Shown here: one piece after another, positions 30,171 to 38,900 of the stretch
Layout of the letters: each line of letters opens with the position of its first letter
Numbering within the stretch: the stretch's first letter is position 1
Origin: Candidatus Pacearchaeota archaeon
Lineage (GTDB): Archaea > Nanobdellota > Nanobdellia > Pacearchaeales > GW2011-AR1
Direction: 5' to 3'
Assembly (NCBI GenBank): GCA_018303925.1
Contig: JAGVXF010000007.1
Span: 56,775 to 120,774, forward strand
DNA: 64,000 nt
Program-made: the position numbers and the translations under genes
The notes under the pieces: generated by a model
What the model was told of the DNA's origin: nothing
Seen by the model: only the letters and a program-made list of their open reading frames with translations
Database searches by the model: none

Positions 30171-30415
30171 AACTTCTCTTTAATTTTGTAGGCTTGGTCG
30201 GGAAGCTAGCCCCTTTCCTTTATGCAAACGGGCTTTATGGCAGGCGACGGGCAAGGAGTGAAAAAGACTTTATGGAAAGTCTTTAAGATTTCGCTGACAC
30301 TTTGTCCGCTTTGATCCTACATTTGCGAATCGGGTCAGGCCTTGATCGGAGCAGCCCTAAACATTTGCAAGGGTGCTTAGCGGGTTGCAAAGCCGAGAAA
30401 TTTTGAAGGGAGCTT
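30171..30415 (+). ncRNA. Candidate signal recognition particle (7S) RNA
   Basis: A roughly 240-nt GC-rich (about 50% GC) intergenic patch in a 30% GC genome. Contains GGGUCAGGCC...GGAGCAGCC, resembling the SRP RNA helix-8 motifs (GUCAGG...AGCAGC). Also a perfect hairpin GACUUU-AUGG-AAAGUC and 5'/3' complementarity (GGGCUUU with AAAGCC). The boundaries are approximate. Confidence 0.45.
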
Positions 30416-30593
30416 TTCTTAAGGTTTTTCTTGCAATTTGCCCTGCTTACATTTATTTTATAATCCGTTGTTTTAGGGTTAAAAATGCGGTCTTTATTAG
30501 ATTTAAATTAGATGTTTCATCATCTGTTAAGTTAACAGAATCCCATAACATTAATTATTTAAGTTTACTTTTCTTCTTTAAATAAATTAAGAG

Positions 30594-31319
30594 GTGAAAA
30601 TGAACAAAAAAGCACAGTTTTATTTTTTGGCAATAATTCTTCTTGCCGCAATTTTTATAGGATTTGTTACAATTTCAAATAAAACAGTTTATACAGGCGC
30701 CCTAAAACTTTCTCATACTGAAGCGAGCATAAATTCAGAGATTTCAAGCCTTCTTGATTATTTTTCAAGAGAGCAAATTTCTGATTCAACCCAAAAAACA
30801 ATTCTGACTGATTTCTCTGTTTCTTATATAAATGAGATTGGAATAGATAAGGATGTTTTTTTTATTTTTGGAAAATTCCCCACGGTGACCTTATCCGGGA
30901 ACAGAGTTACCGGAACAAATCTGTCAGTTAACACAGGAAGCGGGGATATCTATGTTAATAATGTGGGAATTTTTCAAACAGATTATACTCTTTCAGGGAC
31001 TAACGTTACTAAAGTGAGTCTTGACGGAGTTGAGTACAATTTTACTTTTTACTCGGGACAAAATGTTTATTACCTTCTAAAAGCAGTTTCAAATAACCAA
31101 ACTTTTATATCCAGCGGAGGAACACTTTCAAGCCAGTTGATTGATTACTGCAACGACGGGGTTTTTGACAATGGAGAGGAAGGGCTTGACTGCGGAGGAA
31201 GCTGTCCAAATGAATGTGAGTACGATACATGTAATCAGAATAGCCTTCAGGACAATGGAGAAACAGGAGTGGATTGCGGAGGAGGAATCTGTCCCCCATG
31301 CGATTTTGTAGGAGTCTGA
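30594..31319 (+). CDS. Pilin-like (class III signal peptide candidate) Cys-rich surface protein
   Basis: N-terminus MKMNKKAQFYFLAIILLAAIFIGFV: a basic stretch followed by a hydrophobic helix, as in archaeal type IV prepilins (possible KKA/Q cleavage). The C-terminus has two NG-EEG-DCGG-C modules. Confidence 0.5.
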   Translation: MKMNKKAQFYFLAIILLAAIFIGFVTISNKTVYTGALKLSHTEASINSEISSLLDYFSREQISDSTQKTILTDFSVSYINEIGIDKDVFFIFGKFPTVTLSGNRVTGTNLSVNTGSGDIYVNNVGIFQTDYTLSGTNVTKVSLDGVEYNFTFYSGQNVYYLLKAVSNNQTFISSGGTLSSQLIDYCNDGVFDNGEEGLDCGGSCPNECEYDTCNQNSLQDNGETGVDCGGGICPPCDFVGV

Positions 31320-31361
31320 AGGCTTAATTAATTTAATAAAGTTTCTTTTGCTTTTTGTTGA

Positions 31362-31772
31362 ATGAAATTCAAATTTTTAGCCCATACAGCAGATTTAAAA
31401 TTTAAAGCTTACGGAAAAACCGTCGAGGAAGTTTTTATTAATTCGGCAAAAGCGCTTATGAGTCAGATATTTTCGGGAAGAGTGAAAGAGAAAGAAAAAA
31501 TAAAAATAAACCTTTCAGGAAAAGATTATGAAAGCCTCTTGTATAATTTTTTGGAGGAAATTATTTTCTTGATTGATTCGAAGGGATTTCTGGTTTCGGA
31601 AGTCAAAGATTTAAAAATTGACAAAAAGAGTTTTAAGCTCTCAGGAGTTTTTGAAGGGGATTCAGGAGAAAACTATGAGGTTCACACGCATATTAAGGCT
31701 GTAACTTACAATGAAATGTTTGTAAAGCGTGAAAGAGGAAAGTGGGTTAGCCAGGTTGTTTTGGATGTTTAA
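31362..31772 (+). CDS. Archease (RtcB activator)
   Basis: N-terminal FLAHTADLKFKAYG matches the archease HTAD motif. Size and profile are typical of archease. RtcB lies 1.4 kb downstream. Confidence 0.85.
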   Translation: MKFKFLAHTADLKFKAYGKTVEEVFINSAKALMSQIFSGRVKEKEKIKINLSGKDYESLLYNFLEEIIFLIDSKGFLVSEVKDLKIDKKSFKLSGVFEGDSGENYEVHTHIKAVTYNEMFVKRERGKWVSQVVLDV

Positions 31773-31824
31773 AAACCATTAAAGCGGACGTAAGTTTTAT
31801 AAATGTTATAACATTGTTATAACT

Positions 31825-32607
31825 ATGATAAATGAAATAATCAGACCAATTGTCAAAGTGGGAAACAGTTCAGGGGTGGTTTTGCCTAAGAACTGGTACG
31901 GGGGAAAAGCAAAGATTGAACTTGTTGAGAAACCGCTCAATATAAAAAAAGATCTTCTTGAAATTTTAGAAGGATATCTTGCAAAAGTTTTGGGAGTTTA
32001 TCTTTCCGGAAGTTATGCGAGAGGGGAGGAAAAAGAAAGTTCGGATGTGGATGTGTTAGTTATAACTTCAGATTTAAATAAAGTGATAAAAAAAGGAAAA
32101 TATTATATAATTTTAATTTCAAAAAAGATTTTAGAAAACACCCTTAAAAAAAACGTTTTGCCTCTTCTCCCCATGGTTAAAGAAGCAAAAACTATTTTGA
32201 ATGAAAGCCTGATTCGAGAATATAAAGGAACCCTTTTAACAAAAAGGAATTTGAAGTTCCATCTTGAAACCACAAAGTCTGCTCTTGAAATTAACAAGTC
32301 TTTAGTTTTACTGGATAAAGAAAAGAACTTGAATTCTTCGGATGGGGTTTCTTATTCTCTTGTTCTTAGATTAAGAGGAGTTTACATTGTTGATTGCCTG
32401 ATTAAAAATAAGATGTGGTCAACAAAAGAATTAAAGAATCTTATAAAAAAAGTATCTGGTTCTTCAGAAGCATATTCCGGGTACCTGCGTGTTAAAAATG
32501 ATGAGAAGAATCAGGAGAACCTGAAAACTGAAGAAGCCGAAAAAATCATAAATTATGTTTCCAAGAAAATCAATGAACAGGAAAAATGGCTAAGAAAAAT
32601 AAAATAG
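31825..32607 (+). CDS. MazE/AbrB-like swapped-hairpin domain fused to a minimal nucleotidyltransferase (MntA-like), paralog 1
   Basis: N-terminal VKVGNSSGVVLPKNW (MazE/SpoVT-AbrB-like). NTase motif GSYARGEEKESSDVDVLV (GS...D.D). C-terminal helical domain. About 35-40% identical to the 34880 ORF. Confidence 0.6.
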   Translation: MINEIIRPIVKVGNSSGVVLPKNWYGGKAKIELVEKPLNIKKDLLEILEGYLAKVLGVYLSGSYARGEEKESSDVDVLVITSDLNKVIKKGKYYIILISKKILENTLKKNVLPLLPMVKEAKTILNESLIREYKGTLLTKRNLKFHLETTKSALEINKSLVLLDKEKNLNSSDGVSYSLVLRLRGVYIVDCLIKNKMWSTKELKNLIKKVSGSSEAYSGYLRVKNDEKNQENLKTEEAEKIINYVSKKINEQEKWLRKIK

Positions 32608-32765
32608 AAAAAAGCATCAAAAGTTTTAGTAAGAGAATTGAAGAACATAAAAAGAAAATCCAAAATTTTTCCGGGAAAAATGATCTTGTCATTGGATACT
32701 GGAAAAATGAAATAAAACATTTTAAAGATATGAAGAAAGAAAAAGAAAAGAAATTAAGAAAGTGA
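32586..32765 (+). CDS. Small basic protein (59 aa), paralog of the 34680 ORF
   Basis: ATG at 32586 overlaps the 3' end of the upstream NTase gene by 22 nt. It shares KSF.K.(I/V)E.H..KI.N..G.....YW..EI with the 34680..34880 ORF. Confidence 0.35.
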   Translation: MAKKNKIEKSIKSFSKRIEEHKKKIQNFSGKNDLVIGYWKNEIKHFKDMKKEKEKKLRK

Positions 32766-32803
32766 ATTGTTATAATAAATTAAGTTTTTAAAAGGAACAA
32801 AAT

Positions 32804-33010
32804 TTATTTCTTCCAGTCAACATTCTTAAACTCATATTTTGTTGCAATTAAGATTATGTCCACAATCCACCATATACCGATTCCTCCAAAAGTTATTAGT
32901 TTTAAAATTCCAGTTCCTATTTTTCCGAGGATAAATCTGTCCACACCAAAGAATCCAAAAACTATAGATATTACAAGAACCAAAACCCAGTCTACTTTTT
33001 TCTTTGCCAT
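32804..33010 (-). CDS. TM2-domain small membrane protein
   Basis: GFFGVDRFILGKIGTGILKLITFGGIGIWWIVD matches the TM2 domain pattern (G..G.HRFYLG...G..QL.T.GG.G.WW..D). Confidence 0.6.
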   Translation of the reverse strand: MAKKKVDWVLVLVISIVFGFFGVDRFILGKIGTGILKLITFGGIGIWWIVDIILIATKYEFKNVDWKK

Positions 33011-33215
33011 ATTTAAGCATGAAAACTTAATTATTTAAATCCTCCTTTTACCTTCACTAAAAATTTGAGAATCTTGCCAAAGGAAGGAGGTTAATCAATT
33101 TAGAAAAAATGTGATAGATAATTATTTCTAGTTAATTAAATTGGTATTTATCCAAGAAAGAGATATTGGTTTAGATGACAAGATAATTTATTAAATAATC
33201 TTTCTTACCAATTTT

Positions 33216-34622
33216 ATGGAAAACTTCAGGCATGAAATAAAAAAAGAAGATGAAATGAATGTTTCGGGAGTAATTTATGCATCTGAAAAAATTTACGAGG
33301 CAATTAAGAAAGACAAAACTATTGAGCAGGTTAAAAATGTCGCAAAACTTCCGGGAATTGTCCGTGAGTCAATTGCACTCCCTGACTGCCATCAAGGTTA
33401 TGGTTTTTGCATCGGGGGGGTTGCTGCTTTTGACTTGAAGAAAGGGGTGATTTGCCCTGGGGGCATAGGGTATGATATAAATTGCTCGGTAAGATTACTC
33501 AAAACGAACCTTAAAAAAGAGGATATTTTAAAAAAACAAAAAGAGGTTCTTGAAACCCTTTACAAGAAAATTCCGTCAGGGGTTGGTCACGGGAGTCCTT
33601 TTCAGATTAGTTACAAAGAACTGGATAAACTTTTAGATAGGGGAGCAAAATATATGATTGAAAAAGGTTACGGAATTCCCGAAGATTATTTATACAGTGA
33701 GGAAGAAGGATGCATGAAAAATGCTGATTCCCAAAAAATTTCAAAAAGAGCAAAGCAAAGAGGGATTGGGCAAATAGGGACGATTGGCGCCGGAAATCAT
33801 TTTTTAGAAGTCCAAAGTGTTGAAGAAATTTATGACAAAAAAACCGCCGAAGTTTACGGACTCTCTAAAGGGCAGATTGTAGTGATGATTCATTGCGGTT
33901 CAAGGGGGCTTGGTCATCAGGTTGCGTCGGATTATATTAAGTTAATGGAAGATAAATATGGAATAAAAAATCTGCCTGACAGGGAATTAATAAACGCACC
34001 GATAAATTCTGAATTAGGAAAAGATTATTTTTCAGCAATGGGTGCTGCTGCAAATTTTGCTTTTGCTAATAAACAGCTTATTACATATTGGGTTCGTGAG
34101 GCTTTAACAAATTTATTTTACGAAAAGAAAGTAAAGGTTGAAGTTCTTTATGATGTTTGCCACAACATAGCAAAGATTGAAGAGTATTTTGTGGGGGGTA
34201 GAAAAGTGAAAGTTTGTGTCCATAGGAAGGGCGCAACAAGGGCATTCGGAAAAGGAAGAATTGAAATTCCTGAAAAATACAGGAGCGTTGGGCAACCCGT
34301 TTTAATTCCGGGCTCAATGGGAACAGCATCCTATGTAATGGTTGGGCGCAAGAAATCAGAAGAATTAACCTTTGGTTCATCTGTTCACGGCGCCGGAAGA
34401 CTCATGAGTAGAAGTCACGCAGTAAAAAACCTTAACGGAGAAAAAATAAAAAAGGACCTGAAAAAGATAGGTGTTGAAGTTGGCGTCGGGAGTCTCAGAG
34501 GGTTAACAGAGGAAGCTCCAGAAGTTTACAAAGATATAGACGAAGTTGTAAGAGTTGTTGATTCACTTGGAATTAGTCAAAAGGTTGCAAGAATGAAACC
34601 TTTGATTGTTATTAAGGGATAA
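33216..34622 (+). CDS. rtcB: RNA-splicing ligase RtcB
   Basis: Full RtcB motif set in order: PDCHQGYG, GYDINCSVR, GNHFLEVQ, CGSRGLGHQVA, CHNIA, HRKGATRA, GSMGTASY and VHGAGR. Confidence 0.95.
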   Translation: MENFRHEIKKEDEMNVSGVIYASEKIYEAIKKDKTIEQVKNVAKLPGIVRESIALPDCHQGYGFCIGGVAAFDLKKGVICPGGIGYDINCSVRLLKTNLKKEDILKKQKEVLETLYKKIPSGVGHGSPFQISYKELDKLLDRGAKYMIEKGYGIPEDYLYSEEEGCMKNADSQKISKRAKQRGIGQIGTIGAGNHFLEVQSVEEIYDKKTAEVYGLSKGQIVVMIHCGSRGLGHQVASDYIKLMEDKYGIKNLPDRELINAPINSELGKDYFSAMGAAANFAFANKQLITYWVREALTNLFYEKKVKVEVLYDVCHNIAKIEEYFVGGRKVKVCVHRKGATRAFGKGRIEIPEKYRSVGQPVLIPGSMGTASYVMVGRKKSEELTFGSSVHGAGRLMSRSHAVKNLNGEKIKKDLKKIGVEVGVGSLRGLTEEAPEVYKDIDEVVRVVDSLGISQKVARMKPLIVIKG

Positions 34623-34679
34623 GTTGACTTTTGGTTTAATTTTAGTAAAGTTTATAAATATGTAAGTACATGTAAATAC

Positions 34680-34880
34680 ATGGGCAAAGACATCAAACAT
34701 ATGAAGAAACTGCGCAAAAAAAGATTAAAATCGTTTAGAAAGCAAGTGGAAAAACACGAGGAAAAAATTGAAAATGAGAAGGGAAGGTTTGATACAACCA
34801 AAGATTACTGGGAAAAAGAAATAGATGAAAAATTTTTAAAAAAGATCGAAGAAGATGAAAATTATCTGGAGGAAAAATAA
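34680..34880 (+). CDS. Small basic protein (66 aa), paralog of the 32586 ORF
   Basis: Shares the conserved KSFRK.VEKHEEKIEN..G.....YWEKEI core with the 32586..32765 ORF. Its stop codon overlaps the ATG of the downstream NTase gene. Confidence 0.4.
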   Translation: MGKDIKHMKKLRKKRLKSFRKQVEKHEEKIENEKGRFDTTKDYWEKEIDEKFLKKIEEDENYLEEK

Positions 34881-35653
34881 TGGAAATACAAATTAAAAAG
34901 GCTGTCAAATCGGGGAATTCTTCAGCTGTAATTCTTCCAAAATCATGGTTGAATAAAGAAGTCCGAGTTGAACTTGTTGAAAAGTCCCCCGAAAAAATTC
35001 TTTCCGAAGTTCTGAATATTGTTGGAAATTATCTTGATTTAAAAAAGATAATAGGAGTTTATCTTGTGGGAAGTTATGCCCGTGGAGAAGAAGATGAGGG
35101 AAGTGACATTGATATTCTGGTTCTAACTGATGATTTAGACAGAAAGATGATTTCCAAAGGAGAGTATAATGTTTTAATCTTGTCTTCAAATCTATTAAAA
35201 CAAAAATTAGATAGGGATCTTCTCCCTATTGGGCCAATGATTCGAGAAGCGAAGCCTCTTTTGAATCTTAGCTATCTTGATTTAATAAAAGTAGAGGTTA
35301 CAAAAAAGAATGTTTCTTGGTACCTTCAAACTACAAAAGACAAATTAAGAATCATAAAAAGTATCCTTTCCAGAACAAAACTTAAATTTCTCGATAGTAG
35401 AATTGCTTATACTTTGGTTTTGAGAATAAGGACTCTTTATTTAATTAATAAGATGATAAAAAATGAAAAACCGTCAAAAAAGGAACTTATAGAAATAATA
35501 AAAAGCACTTCCGGAGGAGAAAATGCTTACAGAGGATATTTGGATGTAAAAAATAATTCAAAGAAAAAAAGAGAAATCAGCTCAGATGAAGCTCGGGGGC
35601 TGTATGATTATTTGAAGAATCTTTTATCTGATATTAAGATGCAATTAAACTGA
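34880..35653 (+). CDS. MazE/AbrB-like domain fused to a minimal nucleotidyltransferase (MntA-like), paralog 2
   Basis: N-terminal VKSGNSSAVILPKSW. NTase motif GSYARGEEDEGSDIDILV. Same architecture as the 31825 ORF. Confidence 0.6.
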   Translation: MEIQIKKAVKSGNSSAVILPKSWLNKEVRVELVEKSPEKILSEVLNIVGNYLDLKKIIGVYLVGSYARGEEDEGSDIDILVLTDDLDRKMISKGEYNVLILSSNLLKQKLDRDLLPIGPMIREAKPLLNLSYLDLIKVEVTKKNVSWYLQTTKDKLRIIKSILSRTKLKFLDSRIAYTLVLRIRTLYLINKMIKNEKPSKKELIEIIKSTSGGENAYRGYLDVKNNSKKKREISSDEARGLYDYLKNLLSDIKMQLN

Positions 35654-35937
35654 TTTTATATGGGCACAAATTTTATAAATATGAAATAATCGGAGGATCT
35701 GCAAAGAATATTTCTGAAAATCTAAAGAAAAAATATTACAAAATTGAATGGAGAGAAATTGTGAGGGCAAGAGATTTAATTGTCCATAGTTCTTTTAAAA
35801 TTGATTCCGATGCAATTTTTGGGATTATGGAAAAAGATTTTCCGATTTTAAAAGATCAAATTGATGAAATTTTGGAGAGCGGATGTGAATTCAAAAAAAC
35901 AAAAATATTTATAAAACACTTTAACCTAATTTTTAAA
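35638..35937 (+). pseudogene. HEPN (HepT/DUF86-type) C-terminal remnant without a start codon
   Basis: The open frame reads ...KYEIIGGSAKNISENLKKKYYKIEWREIVRARDLIVHSSFKIDSDAIFGIMEKDFPILKDQI..., which matches the HepT C-terminal half (IIGEA.KNLSE..K..YP.I.W..I.G.RN.LVH.Y..ID...VW). The roughly 40 aa of N-terminal HepT sequence is missing, and there is no ATG, GTG or TTG at a sensible position. It overlaps the NTase stop and ends at the start of the giant gene. Confidence 0.45.
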
Positions 35938-38900
35938 TGATAAAAGAGGGAAAGGTAATCTTTAGTTTATTATTTTTGCTAATCTTTGTTGTTGTGATTT
36001 TTTCAAGTTCATTTGTTTTAGGAGAATTAACATGTGCTGGGGGGACATTGACGGGAACTTACGCAGGATGTGATGGAGATTATGAGAATACCCAAACAGG
36101 AAGTTGCTGGTATAGACCCCCAATTTACTACCCCAATGGAACTGCGATGTACAATTTCAAGAGTTTGGGTCTTCGGGCAGAAGTTTATTGTTGGAATTTT
36201 GAAACTCCCGCTTTGTGTGGTTCCAATGACGAATATTGTAAATGGTATCATGGGCAAAATTCTTGTTATGGTCTGAGTCAGGAAAATTGCGGGTCAATAT
36301 ATTATCCTACTTGTTCTCCCCAATATTCAGATTATACCTGCTCTTGTCCTTTAGGGCAGCACAGTGATTTGGCAAGTACCCCTTTTGCATCATGCAGTGG
36401 AACTTTTGTGGAAAATTATACATCTAGTTATTGTTATTGGAGGGAGGGTGTAAAGGCTAATGCCATAAGTCAAGGTGAGTATTGCAGTTATTCTGATGCC
36501 GGTTCTTGCAGAGGTGCCGATGAATTCTGTGAATGGAATATCTTATCTTACTCAGCTACTTTTTCATGTATTGGATTTAATGAGCAAACATGTATGTTTA
36601 CTTCAGGATGCGTAGCGTCTTATGATACCAATTATCAATGTGTTTCAAATACATGCTCAGATACCGATGGGGGTTATGTTCCCGAAATACAAGGAACAGT
36701 TAGCGCTCAAAGTGGGGATACTGGGACAGATTTTTGTGAGGATGGTTATTTTTTAACTGAGTATTATTGTTCGAATAGTGTCGGATTCTCAGGACAGGAA
36801 ACCTGTAACTTTGGTTGTTTAAATGGAGAGTGCAAGCCTGTTCCTTGCCCAAGTTCTCAAGAAGGGGTAAATGGAGGAAACCTTGGATGTATTGATAAAA
36901 TAATTTCTAATTCTCATATTATTTATTCAACTTCTTCATGTACTAGTTTAAGTCAAATTTGTTCTGCATGTAATTCGGGTTATTATCCTTCTTATGATTA
37001 CGCTACAGAATCTTATATTTGTCACGCTATCCCTGATACTTGCTCTGACAGCGACGGGATGAATTATAATACCCGAGGGACCGTGAATGCAAGTAGGGGA
37101 TATTCAGGAACTGATTATTGCGCTGATTCCGGGGGAGACCCAGGGGCTCCAACTTCAGAAGGGGATATTTTATGGGAGTTTGGATGTTCAGGAACGACCG
37201 GAGTTAAAAATATTTATGGGGATTGCCAGTATGGATGTTCAGAGGGAAAGTGTAATCCTACTCCTCCCCTCCCAGATTGTCCTGTTACCCAAACTGGAAC
37301 TATATATGTAGGATGTGTACAGGATCAAGATATAAATTCAAATCTAATTAACTATGCCCATTCAACAAATGATTTATGTAGTGATGAATATGTGTGTTTT
37401 CAATGTAATTCAGGATACATCTGGGACGGAAATAATTGTGTTCTTAAATGTCCAAGTCCACAACCAGGAACGAGCGGGGGAAATTTGGGATGTTTAGAAA
37501 ATCAGGTTTTATATTCTTACGTTTTGTATCCCACCTCTTCATGTACTAGTTTAAGTCAAATTTGTTCTGCATGTAATTCTGGTTATTATCCTTCTTATGA
37601 TCACGCTACAGAGTCTTATATTTGTGTTCCTGTGTCTATTTCATGTACGGATACAGATTTAGGTCAAGCTTATCCTGAATATTTCAAAGGGTCTCTAACT
37701 GCAACGACGGGGATAACAAATGGTATGGATAATTGTGCAGATTCAACACATTTAAATGAATATTTTTGTGATGCATCAAACCGAGGTTCACTTGATTCCA
37801 ATCATCTTTGCCCAAAAAACTATGGTTGTAATAGTGGCGCATGCAGAGACTTTTATTTTGTTGGCACATCAGATGGTAATAAAATTTTATCTTTAGGTCA
37901 GGGAACAACTCTTCCTAAGACGATTAAATTTGTTGGTTCAGCTTATTCAGGGTCAGGAGGAGGGTCTTTTTCACTTTATGAAAGGGCTTGGACAAATGAA
38001 TTCTGGGGATGGTGTGATATTTGTGCAGCAGATACTCTTGTTGGGACTTATTCAGGAAATACTCAGGATTTTAACGGCGATGGGGTTAATGATTATTTAA
38101 GTGACAGTTGGACTTTAAATTCAAATGTTTTAAATTCTTTAGAATCTGATGGGCCGTATGACAAGTATGAATTTTATTTTAAAGTTGGTTCTTATCAAAG
38201 TTCTGGTTTGTTGGTTGATCCAAGTCTTGACACCTGCCACGACGAAATTCAAAATGGTGGCGAAGAAGGTATTGATTGTGGTCCTGTGTGTGGAAATGAA
38301 TGTCTTTTTTGTCAGGACAGCGATGGAGGGCAAATTTATGATGTTCAAGGAAGGATAATTGCAAACAATGGGTTACATACAAGCGGGACAGATTTTTGTG
38401 ATGATTCAACTCATTTAAATGAATATTATTGTAGTGCTGCTAATGCAGGTTCTTTAGAGATACGCCACTATTGTGGGGCTGGAAATGCATGTTCAAATGG
38501 AGTTTGCACAGGAGAGCAAATTCCTAATTCAATTGTTTATTGGGCTTATAAAACCTATCAGGAGGCACCCGGATATTTAGAGGTATTAAACTCAAGTATT
38601 GGTTCTTTTGGAAGAAGATTAGTTTTAACTTATCCAGAACCTTCTCTTAGTTCATTTCAGATATTTAAAGAAAGCAATGCAATTTTTATTCCCGATACAT
38701 TGGTAAGAGAAGAGTATGGTTCATCATTTTCTAATTTTTATTTTTATGATTGGATTCCTTCTTATGCGGATTTTATGAATGCAGGAACTCCGACTTTTAG
38801 CAATAATACATATAGATTTTACTTTAAGGTGGACGATGGAGATAGTCGTTTAACAAGCAATTATTGGGATGTTTATGTAATTGGAGAGGTTCCTTCATGT

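Noticed and set aside
2731-30240. The 9-13-mer AAACGGGCTT(TAT) recurring at 2731, 24447 and 30229
   Set aside because: Three hits of a 5-GC 9-mer in 64 kb is only mildly above chance (about 0.3 expected). The contexts differ (terminator stem, hairpin loop upstream of the giant gene, inside the SRP candidate). No consistent spacing to starts, so probably coincidental.
30171-30415. RNase P RNA as the alternative identity of the GC-rich patch (it contains GGAAAGUC)
   Set aside because: It lacks the other universal RNase P blocks (AGGGUGAAA, ACAGAAA, ACUAGAUGAA) and is too short. The GUCAGG...AGCAGCC helix-8-like element fits SRP RNA better. Left as an SRP candidate at moderate confidence.
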